A stretch of 64,000 nucleotides of DNA from Chrysomallon squamiferum (Eukaryota; Animalia; Mollusca), in the NCBI GenBank assembly GCA_012295275.1, contig CM022665.1, positions 15,872,001-15,936,000 on the forward strand. The letters run 5' to 3'. The number at the start of each line of letters is the position of its first letter. Positions within the stretch are counted from its first letter, which is position 1. Position numbers and translations under genes: made by a program. Below the pieces are notes generated by a model. It saw only the letters and a program-made list of their open reading frames with translations, did not search any database and was not told the DNA's origin. Below are positions 42,237 to 56,187 of the stretch, piece after piece.

Positions 42237-44639
42237 AGTCAGATACATATCTAGATGGGATATAGACATAATACTGTTGCTGTCAGTTAAAGTTTTTCTT
42301 CTGTAAGTAATAAAGTGATATATCTCGAGATAGGCCGTTTATCTGATGATTATCGGGAAACATTTCATGTCCACATCGCGTGGCTGAAAGGAACTCAACG
42401 TCGGGGTCCGACGCCAGCTTTGCTTCAGCGACATTATCATTTCCAACTTGTTAATCGAGACAAATTTGATGCTTATTGGTTCTACGTGCAGTCGACGCGA
42501 TCACCCATCTAAATGGATTCTAATCCAGCTTTTCTCGAAAGGAGCGCGAAGTCGACGATCCCGAAGATTTAAGGCAAAAATTGACCACAAATTGGCTACA
42601 AAGTCGTACACGGTCCTTCTGTAGTAATTTGTCACCAACTTTTAACGGGAGGTGATAATTGCGTTCTCGAAAACTTGTCTTGTTGAAAAATATAATCTCT
42701 GATGAACATTTAAGGGTCACTGGCTGGCCATGCTTCTGTTTTTTTCTTTCTTTATCTTTTTCTTCAGCCAAGATAGAAACTGACCGCCTGAGGCCATGAT
42801 CATTACGTGTGGATGGCCATCATAGTCGTGATGGTTTTGTAAACATGGGTGGTGAATGGACTGAGGGTATGATCATAGCGTTGTGTGAAGTCTCTCCGGG
42901 GCAAGCAGATTTAGAAGGAAAAAAAAAAGAAAGGAGGTCTTTTTGGCTTTAATTTAACATACATGACAATTATAGCCACGTTAAGTAAGGAATCTTACAA
43001 ACATGTCACTTATTTAGTGCCGCACGGAATGTGTAGAATTCCGTGTTTAACGTAAAACATGCTTAATACGGTGTTCTGGAAAAAATGCATGTATTATGTG
43101 ATATATATGCTTGTTTGTATGGGAAATGATTTGTTTCTGGCTGTTTGTTTGTTTATTCATTTACTTATATGTGTATGTATAAATGTATGTTTGTACGTAC
43201 GTTACAGGTGTGTTTGTATATATTTACGCTATATATTTATATATGTATCTGTATGTATAATTATATCTGAGTTTATGTGTGTGTGAATACATAAAGATAC
43301 ATAGATATAATTGTCTTCATTAAAAAAAAAAAAAAAAAAAATTTAATAGAGGACATAACATTATAAAACCTAAAGTACTACTTCAGAGATGATAACAAGG
43401 AAATAAAAAAAAAATTATTTAAAAAATAAAAAAATAAAAAAATTAATTAAAATTCCAGGTCGACACTTAATACCTATTCAAGCACTAACTGTCAAGTCGG
43501 TTCCCACTAACACAAACCACTTATGATGATATTTTCACAAAACTTTTGCAGGTGTCCCTCAATTGTAATAACACCTCGCCACACATCTACTCAACTCTAT
43601 AGCCGGTGCCAAATTACAGGACCCACTGCCAACACCGCGATCCATTGGTCACCGTCCTTCTAACCGCCACTTAACCCGAGCCGGACAATAACAAATTAGG
43701 GCTATCCTTCAGTAAGTTACCGAAAGTAAGCGCTCAACAAGCCGCAATGCTACATGTCACGCCCCAGGCAAGAGGCTGTTTTGTCATTTGATTTGAGAAG
43801 AGACAAAACTGGCCCTATTATCTTCGTCACGTTGTGTGTGATTGGTCGATCACAGGGAGAAGTCTTTAATAAAGGTGCGATCATGTGGAAACGATTTTAT
43901 TTAACGTGTATGTGGGCGGTAATGTTCTTCGTGTTATATAAATGTATGTGTGTGTGTTTGTATATACATGTATAAATGGAAGGAGAAAATGCTTTCAGGA
44001 AGAAATCTATTGTAGAGATTTGATTTGCTTACCTTTTTTTTTTCTTAAATCGAAAAAATTGTGCCTGGAAGCATATGTAAAATATAATGTAGAAATATTG
44101 TTTTAAACTTTTTTTTAATTTATGTATTTTTTAACAAATTTTAGATATAGATATTTATATATGTACGTACGTATATACAATAAATAAATAAAAAAATAAA
44201 AATTAAGATCATAATAAAAAAGTTAATTAACTTAAAAATATTAAATACACAATATAATTATACAAATTTATAATTAACTGAACACACACACAAACCCATA
44301 CACACATGATCCGCCTGTTTTCGTTGACCACAACAACGACCACTGTGTTAACAACATCACACCGACTCAACTTGAAGCGCAGAAAAACACTACTACGCCA
44401 GTAACTTGGACTGTTTACTTACGGTCAGTCGAGAGATAGCTTAGAACGCGATTAATTGTACACCATAATGTCCAGCACTTGATACAGAGATGTCATAATG
44501 TTTAACTAGACGCCAAGTAGCTTTTCTCTGACACCTTTGCGCGTTCGGTAAATTGATTAACAGTTTGTCTCTTTCACTCGCTCTCTTGCGCCCATTTACA
44601 TCGTGCTTCTTGTTTTTCTATTTATCTGTCTACAATTCC

Positions 44640-44745
<106 letters not shown>

Positions 44746-47700
44746 TTCTGGATATCTCTGGGGGGGGGCTTCTGAATTTTTTTTTTTTCTATCTCACTCT
44801 ACCTTCCTCTCTAAATGCATGTGTATGCTTTTTCAAGTCCTATCGAATATTAACAAGCTATCAAATACTCTTTCTTTCTCAGCTTCTCCCAGACATTATG
44901 ATCTTTTAAAACAGAAAACCAGAAACTTAGAGATCATCCATTTATTTAATACCTTTGATGACTAGTTTCGAATTTTTTTTATTTAAAAAGTCTTCTTGTT
45001 ACTTCTTTCTGCACCTTCGTCTGCGTCGCCATTTTCTTCTTCTTCTTTTCCATCACCATCATCTTCTTCATGTACTTGTTCTGTCCTCCACAAGTCTTTC
45101 TTTTTTCTATGTCATCTTTCTTTTTGCTTCTTCTGTTAATTTCTTTTATGATTATTCACAAACCTAAAAATAGTCTAAGTATAAAAGTTCGACTTTAGGG
45201 CAACAACCTAAGTAAATTTTCTACGTCGAAAACAATGTCCTTACCTTGTGACTTTGGACATTTTTTTTTCTTATATATAAAACTTAATTTTTTTTTCTCT
45301 TACAATCCTCTTATTATTATTCTTGGCAACAACCACCAACCTGCCTTTAGGTTACAAATCTACAAAAGTCTTAAAAGAAAGAATGACATAACAGATCAAA
45401 CGTCAAACAGTTAAATATCCGATCACTTTGTCGAAAAGCTTGTACAAATGATGTGTTCACAAAGCTTTTTTTTCCACATGACCTCTCCCCGACCCTCCTA
45501 AATCTGACCAAATCACCTTACAAAAGGTGTGGAATGTATTACCTGTGACATAAGCAGTGCTTGTTAGCGGATGAAGAAGTACTTATCTAAGTAACCAATG
45601 GTCCGCTGACTCGTTGACTATTTGACTGATCTATGAGCTAGTGTCGTAACCGGACGAATTGAGCAGAGTAACAAAGTGTAATGTTTATTCTGTTATAGGT
45701 TCGCGTAGGGAAAAAGTCAAGATAGATTATTGTTTCGATTTGTTACACTGTGGTTAGTATGTGTAAGTCCATCGAGTGGGAGAGAAAATGAGGGAATGTG
45801 AAAAAGAGTCGGAATGAAAGAGAGAGAGAAAGAAAGAAAGAGAGATAGATGAATAAATACAAAGACAGTAGACAAACAGATAAATAGATACACAGGCAGA
45901 CAGATTGTTAAATAGACAAGCAAATGTAGATAGTAACAGACAGATGGATGAAAAAAAGAGAAAATTATTTATCTGTGTTTTTTAACTTAGTGAATTATAA
46001 GAAACATTACTTTTTTTTTTTTTTTGTATTTGTTTTAAAATACATAAATATCGAAATGTATTTATTCTTGACATTTTTTGTAAAAAGTCTACTATGTTCC
46101 GTTTATCCATTTCTTTCACAGTATACTATTCTCGTTTAATGATTTATATATTTGTTTCTGTTTAGTTGTAGTAATAGCAGAAATTACGATGATGATTATT
46201 ACGATGATAACAATTAAAAACAACAACAACAACAACCATAATAATAATAATATTAAAAGGAACTGCAGAAGATGAGTAAAAAGAAGAAATTGTAGCCAGC
46301 GAAAGAAAAGACAGACGACTTCAGCATTTGTATATTTATCACACGGCAAATCCTACATTAAATTCCTTACGACCTACGTGTATATTTACATACAGATATT
46401 ATAACTATTTAACTGTGAAAATAGGTTCTTTGTGGTTCGTTACAAGGAGTCACGATTCAGGAACAGGTGCTGGTTGTGATGGCGATAAAAGAGAAATGTT
46501 TAAAAACCAACGCCTTAAAGACTTCCCCGAGCTTATTAAATGAGATATTTGCTTTGCGACGTGACTTCGTCTTACCAATAGACTCCGTTTTGTAAGGCAA
46601 GATTTTATAGTTTATTATATGAAAACAGTGGCGTATTTTATTCCTTATTATACGAGGACAGTTGGGTATGAACTGTTAAATGTATCAGAGACTCGCCACA
46701 ATGTTTCACTGAAAAACACCTGTAGTTTGAAATAAAAAATAAAAAAAGAAGAAAAGAATAATCTTTAGAAATGTCAGTGTTTCGTCTGCTGGTCGATAAT
46801 GAAGTCTTTGCTGCAAATAAACAGAAAATTATTATTTTTTTTTTTTTGAATTTCTTATATTCAGTTTCGTTTATTACATATAATTATTTAGTATGTGTGT
46901 GTGTGTGTGTGTGTGTGCGTGCGTGTATTTGTATGAAAGAGAGAGAGATGAAAGAGAGAAAAGACAGACTTAGAGATGACTAAATAAATAAATGGGAATA
47001 AAATAATAAACAAATGAATGAAATACTGAAAGAAAGAATAGAGAATGGAGGTATGAAAAGATGAACAAGAAAATAAACAAATGAATGAAAAAATAAACAA
47101 ATAAACAGGTATTAAAAAATCAAATTATATTTCAATAACAAGCCACTCAACTGTTTATATTATCAAGCAATAGTTCGGAGCAAAGCTGAAGTCTTTATAA
47201 TTATAATTACAGGCCGAGTTTTGAATTTAACACTTTCGCGGCTGACTATTATAGAATAATTTGACAGAAGTGTTTTACCCGGCCACAATATTGAATGTCT
47301 TTGAATGACATCGACGTCAGTTAAGATATAATTAAATTGAAAGAACTCAATCTCCAGTAATTGATTCCAGGGGGAGTGAAACAGATGCCGGCTCTTGATT
47401 GAAGAAAAGGCACAAAGGGGCGTCACTCTAACCTAGAGGAAAAGGAGTCAAGGGGCGGCGCTGCACGCTAAAGCACAGGAACACGATATACGACTTGCGA
47501 AGGAGCTATTATCGTCTTCTGTCTACGAGACGGGTTGTGGCTTACGGCATCATGGTTGTAGCTTGTAGTGTGAAGCAAAAGTCTGACAGCTTGAGAGTTA
47601 AGTCTTCAATTTTGAGGATCCATGGTTGATGTCCTTGACACAAATTAAAGACAGCGTTTCAAATTTAATCTGATTTTGACGTGAATGGAAGTCAAATCAT

Positions 47701-47807
47701 TTTTTTTTTTTTTTTTTTTGATATATACATTTTTTCAATTTAGAAATAAAAACATTTGAACCGTGTCATTGCAGATACTTGTATTTTAGAACAGGTGGTT
47801 TTATTCG

Positions 47808-47848
<41 letters not shown>

Positions 47849-48019
47849 TATATTGATATATTGATCTACTGATATATAGAAACACAGAAGATACGAAAGG
47901 TGGGTGTTGAACGTTTAACTGTAAACGAAAAGATGTTTGTCTAATTAAATAATATACTATTTCATTTGGTAAGTCATGTGCTTTGCAAAGGTGTGACAAA
48001 TAGAAGGAGATAATTTAAA

Positions 48020-48207
48020 ATCTTGCTGAGTAATTTTTGAAGTTCCGGGTCCAAACAGTTTAATGACGACAAAAAGTTTAATGTTCAGTTTATCCATTAT
48101 CTTTCTTTTATTTCTTTTATTTTTTTTTTTTTCATTTTTTTTTTATATTTCATTTCTGGATTTTACTTTTCTTTTATTAGTTAATTACTTTTTTTTAATA
48201 TTCTTTT
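48020..48207 (+). repeat. Left arm of a long-range inverted repeat (partner 52695-52897)
   Basis: Exact reverse-complement blocks: 48040-48057 vs 52862-52879 (18 bp), 48064-48095 vs 52826-52857 (32 bp) and 48159-48187 vs 52714-52742 (29 bp), all collinear. Confidence 0.93.
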
Positions 48208-48307
48208 AAAATAAAATGTCTGGATGGATGGAGAGATAGATAGACAGAGAGAAACAAATATATATGTATACACAAACACACATACACACACATATATATA
48301 TATATGC

Positions 48308-48354
<47 letters not shown>

Positions 48355-49558
48355 CAGAGAGACAGAGAGAGAGACAGAGCAGAGACAGAGATCATGACGA
48401 CGATGTCAAAACAAATACTGCCAAATACGAAGGTTTAACGTCATCGTGGTGATTATGAATTTATAATTGTAATCCAATAGCTACTGATATGAAAATCGTA
48501 ATACTAATAACCTAATAACAAGTGAAAACTGACATATCCTGTGAAGAAAACCAACACACTGTCGACAGCAAACATGATCCCAACACTCTACACCATTCTT
48601 TCTGTGCCCCGCATCTCCTCACCATTAGATTACTGTCACACCAACAACTGCATCATTTTCTTCTTCTAGTATGACACTGCAAAACAACTCAACCCAAGCT
48701 TTCACTCTAACGAACATCGGCGACACTTTGGATTCAGAAACATCTATAGAGAAAGACTCGTTTTGTGAGATGTCCAAACAGAAGCACTTGAAGACTCGGA
48801 TGCTTCAAAAGATACCTAATCCACATCAACTTTTCCCCAGGCCACATTTAAAAAAAAAAAGAAAAAAAAAAAGTGTCTCTTCTCAAATTTATGAAGTCCC
48901 AGCACCCATGTCTTTTGATTATTTTACCGAAAAGAAACTTTCTTTTTTGTGAGATAACCTCTTGAATACGAATAAGCTTACTTGAGATGGAGAAAGAGGA
49001 TATTTTTTTTGTCCTTTCATGGGAAAAAAATCCTTCTCTTGAACGATTGTTGTGAACTGCAAACGTGAAGAAAAAAAGATAAAAGAAAAGAAAATCTTGA
49101 ATATCATCGTTATATATTGTCTTCGAGTGGAATTTGTCGTTTAAAACTATTTTTTAATGACGGGGAAAACAATATAAGCAAGTGGTTTTTTTTTCTATAA
49201 GCCGTTACTATTATTATATTTATTTTTCAAAAAACGATTACGCATGCACGTGAGTATTGTAATGAGAGCATTTGCAGGTCAGAAATGTGTTTAACAATTA
49301 TCTGTAGGACTAGAAATCATTGTAAGCTACGAAGGATTATTATCCCGGCCACCCAAGCAAGATACTGGATCATTCAGTTGCGGGGCGGGGTGGGGGGCAG
49401 ATAGTTTAGTCAAGAGCTTTTGATCCCAAGAATAATCAAAAACTGTTAGTTGGAATTACAGTTTGAATTATTTATATACGTATATAAAACGATGATGTTG
49501 ATGACGATGATAATAAAATGAAAATAACAACACGAATACCACCACCACCACCACCACC

Positions 49559-49593
<35 letters not shown>

Positions 49594-50839
49594 TAATAAT
49601 AGTAATGATAGCAGTACTAGTAGGAGTAATAGCAGTAGTAGTAATAATAATTAGTAGTATTATTAGCAGCAGCATTATTATTATTATTAGCATTAGTATT
49701 TGTGGTAGTAGTAGTAGTTTTAGTAGTGTTAGTACCAATACTAGTAACAGCAGTGATAATGATTATGTTGTTAATACTACTAATGACAATAATAATAATG
49801 ATGGAGTTTGTTGTTGTGCTAGTAGCAGAAGATGTTGTAGTTGTAATAGAATAACAGTAGGTTTCCTAATAATATGACATTTAGATTAATGATGTTATAA
49901 AAGGCGTAGGCGTCGATCAAATTACCCTAACAGAAACGTTTTGTTTCTGTTTATTGTCGTCGTCGATGCTGCTGCTGCTACTATTATTGCAGCTGTTACT
50001 GCTGCTGTCGTTCTTGCTAACTTTATATTACTACAACATAGAATATCTGCACGCATTTAAGATAAAATTATCCAACCCTATCTCGGCTCTTTTCTGCCAT
50101 AATTATTATGTTGGGAGAAGATTTACGGCTACAGGAATAAATTTACAAAGCGTGCAGTACAGTTCTTTGCCTAACTCCATAAAGTGAAAACATTCACTAA
50201 CACAGCATGTACATCTGATCACACAAAAAAAAAAAAAAAAAAAACTGCATTGCAGGAGATCGTATTTGAAGGTATTAGCTACGTTGAAACGTGAGTGGGG
50301 TTTTTAATGCGAAAACCACTGACTGGTTGATGTGTTTCTTCTGCAAGCTTTGTCAAAAGTTATTGTTCGTTTTTCGAATCGTCAAACGTGTTGCCAGCCT
50401 AACAGACAACGTTATAAACCGTTATACGCGGCTGAAGAGCAGCGAAATGGGCCGTTTTGTTTCAAAACGTCCCAAACAGTATGTTACCCGCGTTTCAAAG
50501 CCGGGCGCTGCGTGCTGTCCCAGATGTTACACCTGCGTTTTCTGTACGCAATTATCTCCGTCGGTGTTGCTGGATAATTGTTAAATGTGCTCTGAGCAAA
50601 TTTGGAATCGTCATTATCTGTTGATGATGATGATAGGGAAGCTGACGACAGAGTTCGATGAATCCTTAATCAGTTAGCAGTATTAATAACAATATCACAA
50701 TAAAAATAATCATTTTAAAATAATATTTCATGTACTATAAAATAACGTATAACACAACGTATCCTGTGAACGCTTGTTTTGGTCACAGACTTTCCGGACT
50801 AATAAGAATACTACATATACATATATTTACTTGGTTACT

Positions 50840-50842
50840 CTA

Positions 50843-50878
<36 letters not shown>

Positions 50879-50912
50879 TCTATATATCTATATATCTATC
50901 TATGTATCTATG

Positions 50913-50965
<53 letters not shown>

Positions 50966-51008
50966 GTGTGTCTGTGTGTGTGTGTCTGTCTGTCTGTCTG
51001 TCTATCTA
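50840..51008. repeat. (TATC)n/(TGTC)n tetranucleotide microsatellite
   Basis: Read directly; similar tracts occur at 57805-58072 and 62372-62480. Confidence 0.9.
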
Positions 51009-52058
51009 AATATATAATGTGTAAAAATTAAGTAAAAAAAAAAATATGATAGAGAAAGGAAAAGCGACAATAAAGAATGAAAGAAACGATAAAAAGGAAG
51101 AAAGAGTGGAAATTAAAGAAAGAAATTATAATGGTAACAATGATGATAATAATAATGATTAACCTAATGATGATATTAATGATGATGGTATGACGAAGAT
51201 GATATTAATAATAATGATGATGATGATGATAATAATAATAATGATGACGCCGATCATGATAGTAATGATAATGAAAATAATACTAATAATGATGATGGTA
51301 TTAATAATGATAATGATAATAATAATAAACGATACTCATGATGATGATGATGATAGCCAAAATAGTAAAGATGATGGCGATGATGATAAATTGCCAGCTG
51401 AAAAAAACAACAAACCAAAAAAAAAAAAAAAAACCGAAGCGCTGATAGACGACACGCTGCTTGAGCGTGATACATCGCTACCTTGCAGTCTCTTGTTATG
51501 AAACTGGATATACACACAAACAAAGCGTTCATATATCAGCATATGTTGACTGTAAACCTGCGGTGAAAGTCATCGAGCCCCACACCTCGGGTGTACAATA
51601 ACCTACGTCTGGCCGGGAAATCTGTTATCATTCAGTGTTTGTTAATACGTGAACATTACTCCTTTAACACAGTGGATGTCGGGATGTCACGTTCAGTGGA
51701 GCTGGTAAAATAACGACAAACCACACAGCACTGATCATAAAATTGTGGTGTCGTGTGAACGCATGACGAAAAAAAAAAAAATCAAAGATGGCTGGGGGTT
51801 CGGGATGTTAGAATTTATCTTACTGCTCTGTCTGTTGTGATAACAGTAACTACAACTGCTACAAGTTCTACCACGTCTGTGACCACAACAGCCACTATTG
51901 CAACTTCCATGTTACTATTACTACTATTACTCGCTGTCTATTACCACTGCTACTGCTACTGCTACTACTATTGCTGCTATCACCACTGCTACTAATACTA
52001 CCGTCACTGTTGAACGTCTTGTGCTTCACTTACTATTACTACCACTACTTCCACATTG

Positions 52059-52101
<43 letters not shown>

Positions 52102-52694
52102 CAGAAAGAGAGAGAGAGAGAGCGAGAGAGAGAGAGAGGCAGAGAGAGTGAGAGAGAGAGAGAGAAAGATAGATAGAGATAGAGATAGAGAGAGAGACTG
52201 TAAAATAAACTGTAAAATGAACAGACTAGGGGTATAAAAAAACAAAATAAAATAAACAGAGGATAACAAATATAAATTATAAATTAGTGAAAGTAGTAAC
52301 CGTTCACTGTTTACATTGGAAAGCATTACCATTTGATTCTTAAATAAATATTCATTATTACCATAGCAGAAATTAATAATAATAAAACTGCTAAATACAC
52401 ATGGTGGCTTTCGTTTCAATTTGTATTAAATTACGACACCACATTAAAATCACCTTTATTTTTGTCACTTATTTTATTAATAATGACTTCTCTTCTTCTC
52501 GTGTGTTTTCAAAAACGCAAATAAAAGAAAACAAACAATTCTAAAATTCAATGGAGTTTATTTTTGTTGTTTTTTAATAGCTATAACAGATAATAAAAAG
52601 AAATGAAAATAAAACAAAATATCGTTCGAATGTTATTTAGGCGATCGATTATGCTCAGTAAAACTTCAGGAAAAAATCTTCTTTTTTTAAAAAA

Positions 52695-52897
52695 AAAAGA
52701 ATATTAAAAAAATTAATTAACTAATAAAAGAAAAGTAAAATCGAGAAATGAAACTTAAAAAAAAATAAATAAATAAAAAAAAAAAGGAAAAAGAAAAAAA
52801 AAAAGGAAAAAGAAAGAAAGATAAAGGATAAACTGAACATTAAACTTTTTGTCGTCAGTCATGTTTGGACCCGGAACTTTTAATTACTCCGCAAGAT
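52695..52897 (-). repeat. Right arm of a long-range inverted repeat (partner 48020-48207)
   Basis: Same three exact blocks as the left arm; the arms differ mainly in the length of the internal A/T-rich tract. Confidence 0.93.
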
Positions 52898-53488
52898 ATC
52901 AAAGTTTAGATTGGACTGCGTGAGTAATGGACCTACATACCAGTCTATTGTTCGATAGTCTCTATTTGTTTCCACTTATTTGTTGGAAACGGCGAAAAGT
53001 CACGAATCTCAAACAGTACGCATGCGTCAGTCCAGCTGCCGCTTGGCCATTCTACAAGATGACACAAAGGCAGAAACAATTTGCAATGGTTTGAAACTGT
53101 TGCACTACAATACGTGATCGGGTACCGACTGTTCCGAAGCGAAAAAATCTGATAAAAAAAATCTTCGGAGAACGTCTTCGTTCTTTGGATGAAAGAGTCA
53201 TGGTAAAGAATATTATTTCCAAAACGGGAAAAGATACACCGTTACAGTTATATTTAAAATTACCTAACTGTTTACACTCGGTAATAAATAATAACAGCAA
53301 AATAAAGTCAATGAAATAATAAAAAAATATATATATTAAAAACATAATATCCGTGTGGTTTGAAACAAGTAACAAATTTATTAGCTTTGTTTTATTTCTA
53401 AATATTAAGTGGTGTCGAAAGTTTATTGCATAATTATGGAATATTAATAGCATATAAATATATGTGCCTATAACATACCAGACGTTAC

Positions 53489-53535
<47 letters not shown>

Positions 53536-53679
53536 GATAATAATATAATAATAATAATACTGATAATAATAATAATAATAATAATTCTGATAATAATAAT
53601 ATAATAATAATAATACTGATGATGATGATGATGATAATGTTGATGATGATGATAATAATAATAATAATCTATGTATGCG

Positions 53680-53722
<43 letters not shown>

Positions 53723-54088
53723 TTTGTGTGCGTGCATATCTGTGTATGCCTTTTTCTATTTATATATGTATGTATAAATGTTTGTATATGTGTATGTAAT
53801 GTTATGTATATATATATATATGTACGTCATATATAACCTATGAAACCATTAATAAAAAATAACAGCAAAAGAAAAAACTGACGTCACTGCAATTGTTTTG
53901 TGACGAGAAGGCAGCTGGTCAGTGAGAGAGAGAGAGAGAAAGAGTGAGAGTAAAACTGGACTAAAAATATAATAAATAAATAAATATATAAATAAATTAA
54001 AAAAAAATTAAATGTTTGTTTTTTATTTAAAATATAAGTCACAACATGACGAAACAAAACAAACAACAATAATAACATTAAAAAAACA

Positions 54089-54122
<34 letters not shown>

Positions 54123-54471
54123 AAGAAAAATACTTTACTTTGTTATGCGAGTTTCATCGCTTGTGACCACATGTTTCCACAAATGAACGTCGTGGAGCGG
54201 AAAGTCACGACAACATTAATGGCGGTCTAATCAGTCCTGTCAAACGAGCTGCCGAAAACAAGGACTCCATAACTCGATCTAATTATCTCTCGAACGCCGC
54301 AGAGCATTCAGCCAGTGTGTAATATACATTTACTTTGCTAGAGCAGATCCTCTGGCTTGCTTCACAAACCGCCATCTGGAATTTACTGCAACAGTTGGCG
54401 AAAACGTACATGCCTGTGACAAACCTTTAAATGTTTTTAAAACGATGGTAATAATAATAATAATAATAAAG

Positions 54472-54504
<33 letters not shown>

Positions 54505-54767
54505 AAAGGTAACCGAATTCTATCTTTTGTTAGCTTCTTCAGCAGATGCATTTAAACAATTCTGCGTGGATTTTCATATCGCAATTATTAAAACTACGCT
54601 TTGTCAGAAGATAGCATCTGTGTTTATAATCACCCGTTGCTGTAGAAATCTTCATTAAATTCAGTCGGAGCTGTACATTTAAAGAAATAATAAAGCGTGC
54701 TTGTTTAGGTACGCCCACGAATGTCCTTGCTAATATCTGCACCTGTATCAGTTTTTACTCTTTGTTA

Positions 54768-54834
54768 GACTGACTGACTTGATGGATGTTTAATGATATC
54801 CCAGTACAAAATAGTCATCGACTATCGGATGTCA
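54768..54834 (-). mobile_element. SINE-like 3' end remnant with a short tandem-repeat tail
   Basis: The minus strand reads TGACATCCGATAGTCGATGA...ctgggatatcattaaacatccatcaagtcagtcagtc: the module of the 3535-4005 array, ending in a short (AGTC)n tail. Confidence 0.45.
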
Positions 54835-54847
54835 TTTCTTCATCACA

Positions 54848-54897
<50 letters not shown>

Positions 54898-54904
54898 TAA
54901 TAAT

Positions 54905-54937
<33 letters not shown>

Positions 54938-55372
54938 AATAAGAAGAAGAAGATGAAGAATAAGAATCAAAATAAACAAATGAAATAAAATAAATCAGTG
55001 TAGAAAACTGATTTATAATTGATTCATTTTATTTCATACGTACACACACACATACACACATACTACATACATGAATCATATATGTATATAGTACCATTTG
55101 AAAATCTCTGGTAAAAGTTAATTTGTTTAACAGGGAGGAATTCAATCGCACCTGTGGTTTAAAAAACATTTTATAATTAGTTGAAAATCAGGATAATCCT
55201 GTCAAAATACACAGACAGTGTTCACACTGAGGTGGATCACTCTTTGTTAAAATAAAAATATCGATTAACTGATATTAATATTTTTTTTTTTATCGACAGA
55301 GATTTACTAATTTTTATTATGGTAATCACAGATATTTCCTTATTAGATAACTATATAAAAAAATAATAATAA

Positions 55373-55403
<31 letters not shown>

Positions 55404-55404
55404 A

Positions 55405-55540
55405 AGACAGAATCCAGTGTAGGACAAACCCAGCAGTCTACTGCATCGTGTAGGTCTGATATCGAGTGGTCGACTATGGACAGTTAATTAAGTACCGTTA
55501 AATACATTTTTGACATCTAATAGCCGATGACAGAAAATGA
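55405..55540 (+). mobile_element. SINE-like remnant ending in TGACATCTAATAGCCGATGACAGAAAAT
   Basis: 55511-55530 matches the reverse complement of 54815-54834 at 17/20 positions; GATGACAGAAAAT is identical to 3733-3745. Confidence 0.45.
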
Positions 55541-56154
55541 GCAAAAGAACGCAATTTCTTCTTTTTATTTTTATTTTTATTTTTTTTAAAGTGTCTGTTA
55601 GCACAAAGTAATAATTATGCTATAGTTTTGATGATGAATGATAGTAGAATATAAATATCTGTACCGTAGTGTAATAATATAATATTCAGTAGTCGACAAC
55701 TAATAATTATGCTATAGTTTTGTTGTTAAATGTTTAATTTAACGCGATGCAAAAAAAAAAAAAAAAAAAAAAAAAATTATCTGCTACTATCCACTAAATA
55801 CTACCCGATATATTTAACATTCTTATTGTTATTTTTAAATGATTTTTTTTTTCTCATATGTATATAAATAGTGTTACGATATGATGGTCACTGACCAAAA
55901 ATAGCTTTTTGTGATGTAACTATTTTTATTTCGATAAGTTACTTGTTATTTTGTTTTGAGTTATATTTTTGGTACGCTTGAATCTACTACTACTCTCTCT
56001 CTCTCTCTTTAGGATTACATGGATAAAAGAAATAACTTGTTCCTGTCTTAGGAAATCAGCTTTAACCTTCTCAAGATAAAGCTGATATATGCACACACAC
56101 AGACACACAGACATATATACACATACACACATACAGTCATACACATACACAGAT

Positions 56155-56187
<33 letters not shown>

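Noticed and set aside
48670-48952. Acceptor-like site followed by a 93-aa ORF inside the inverted-repeat interval
   Set aside because: The ORF runs through an A-tract, has no recognisable domain, and I found no matching strong donor.
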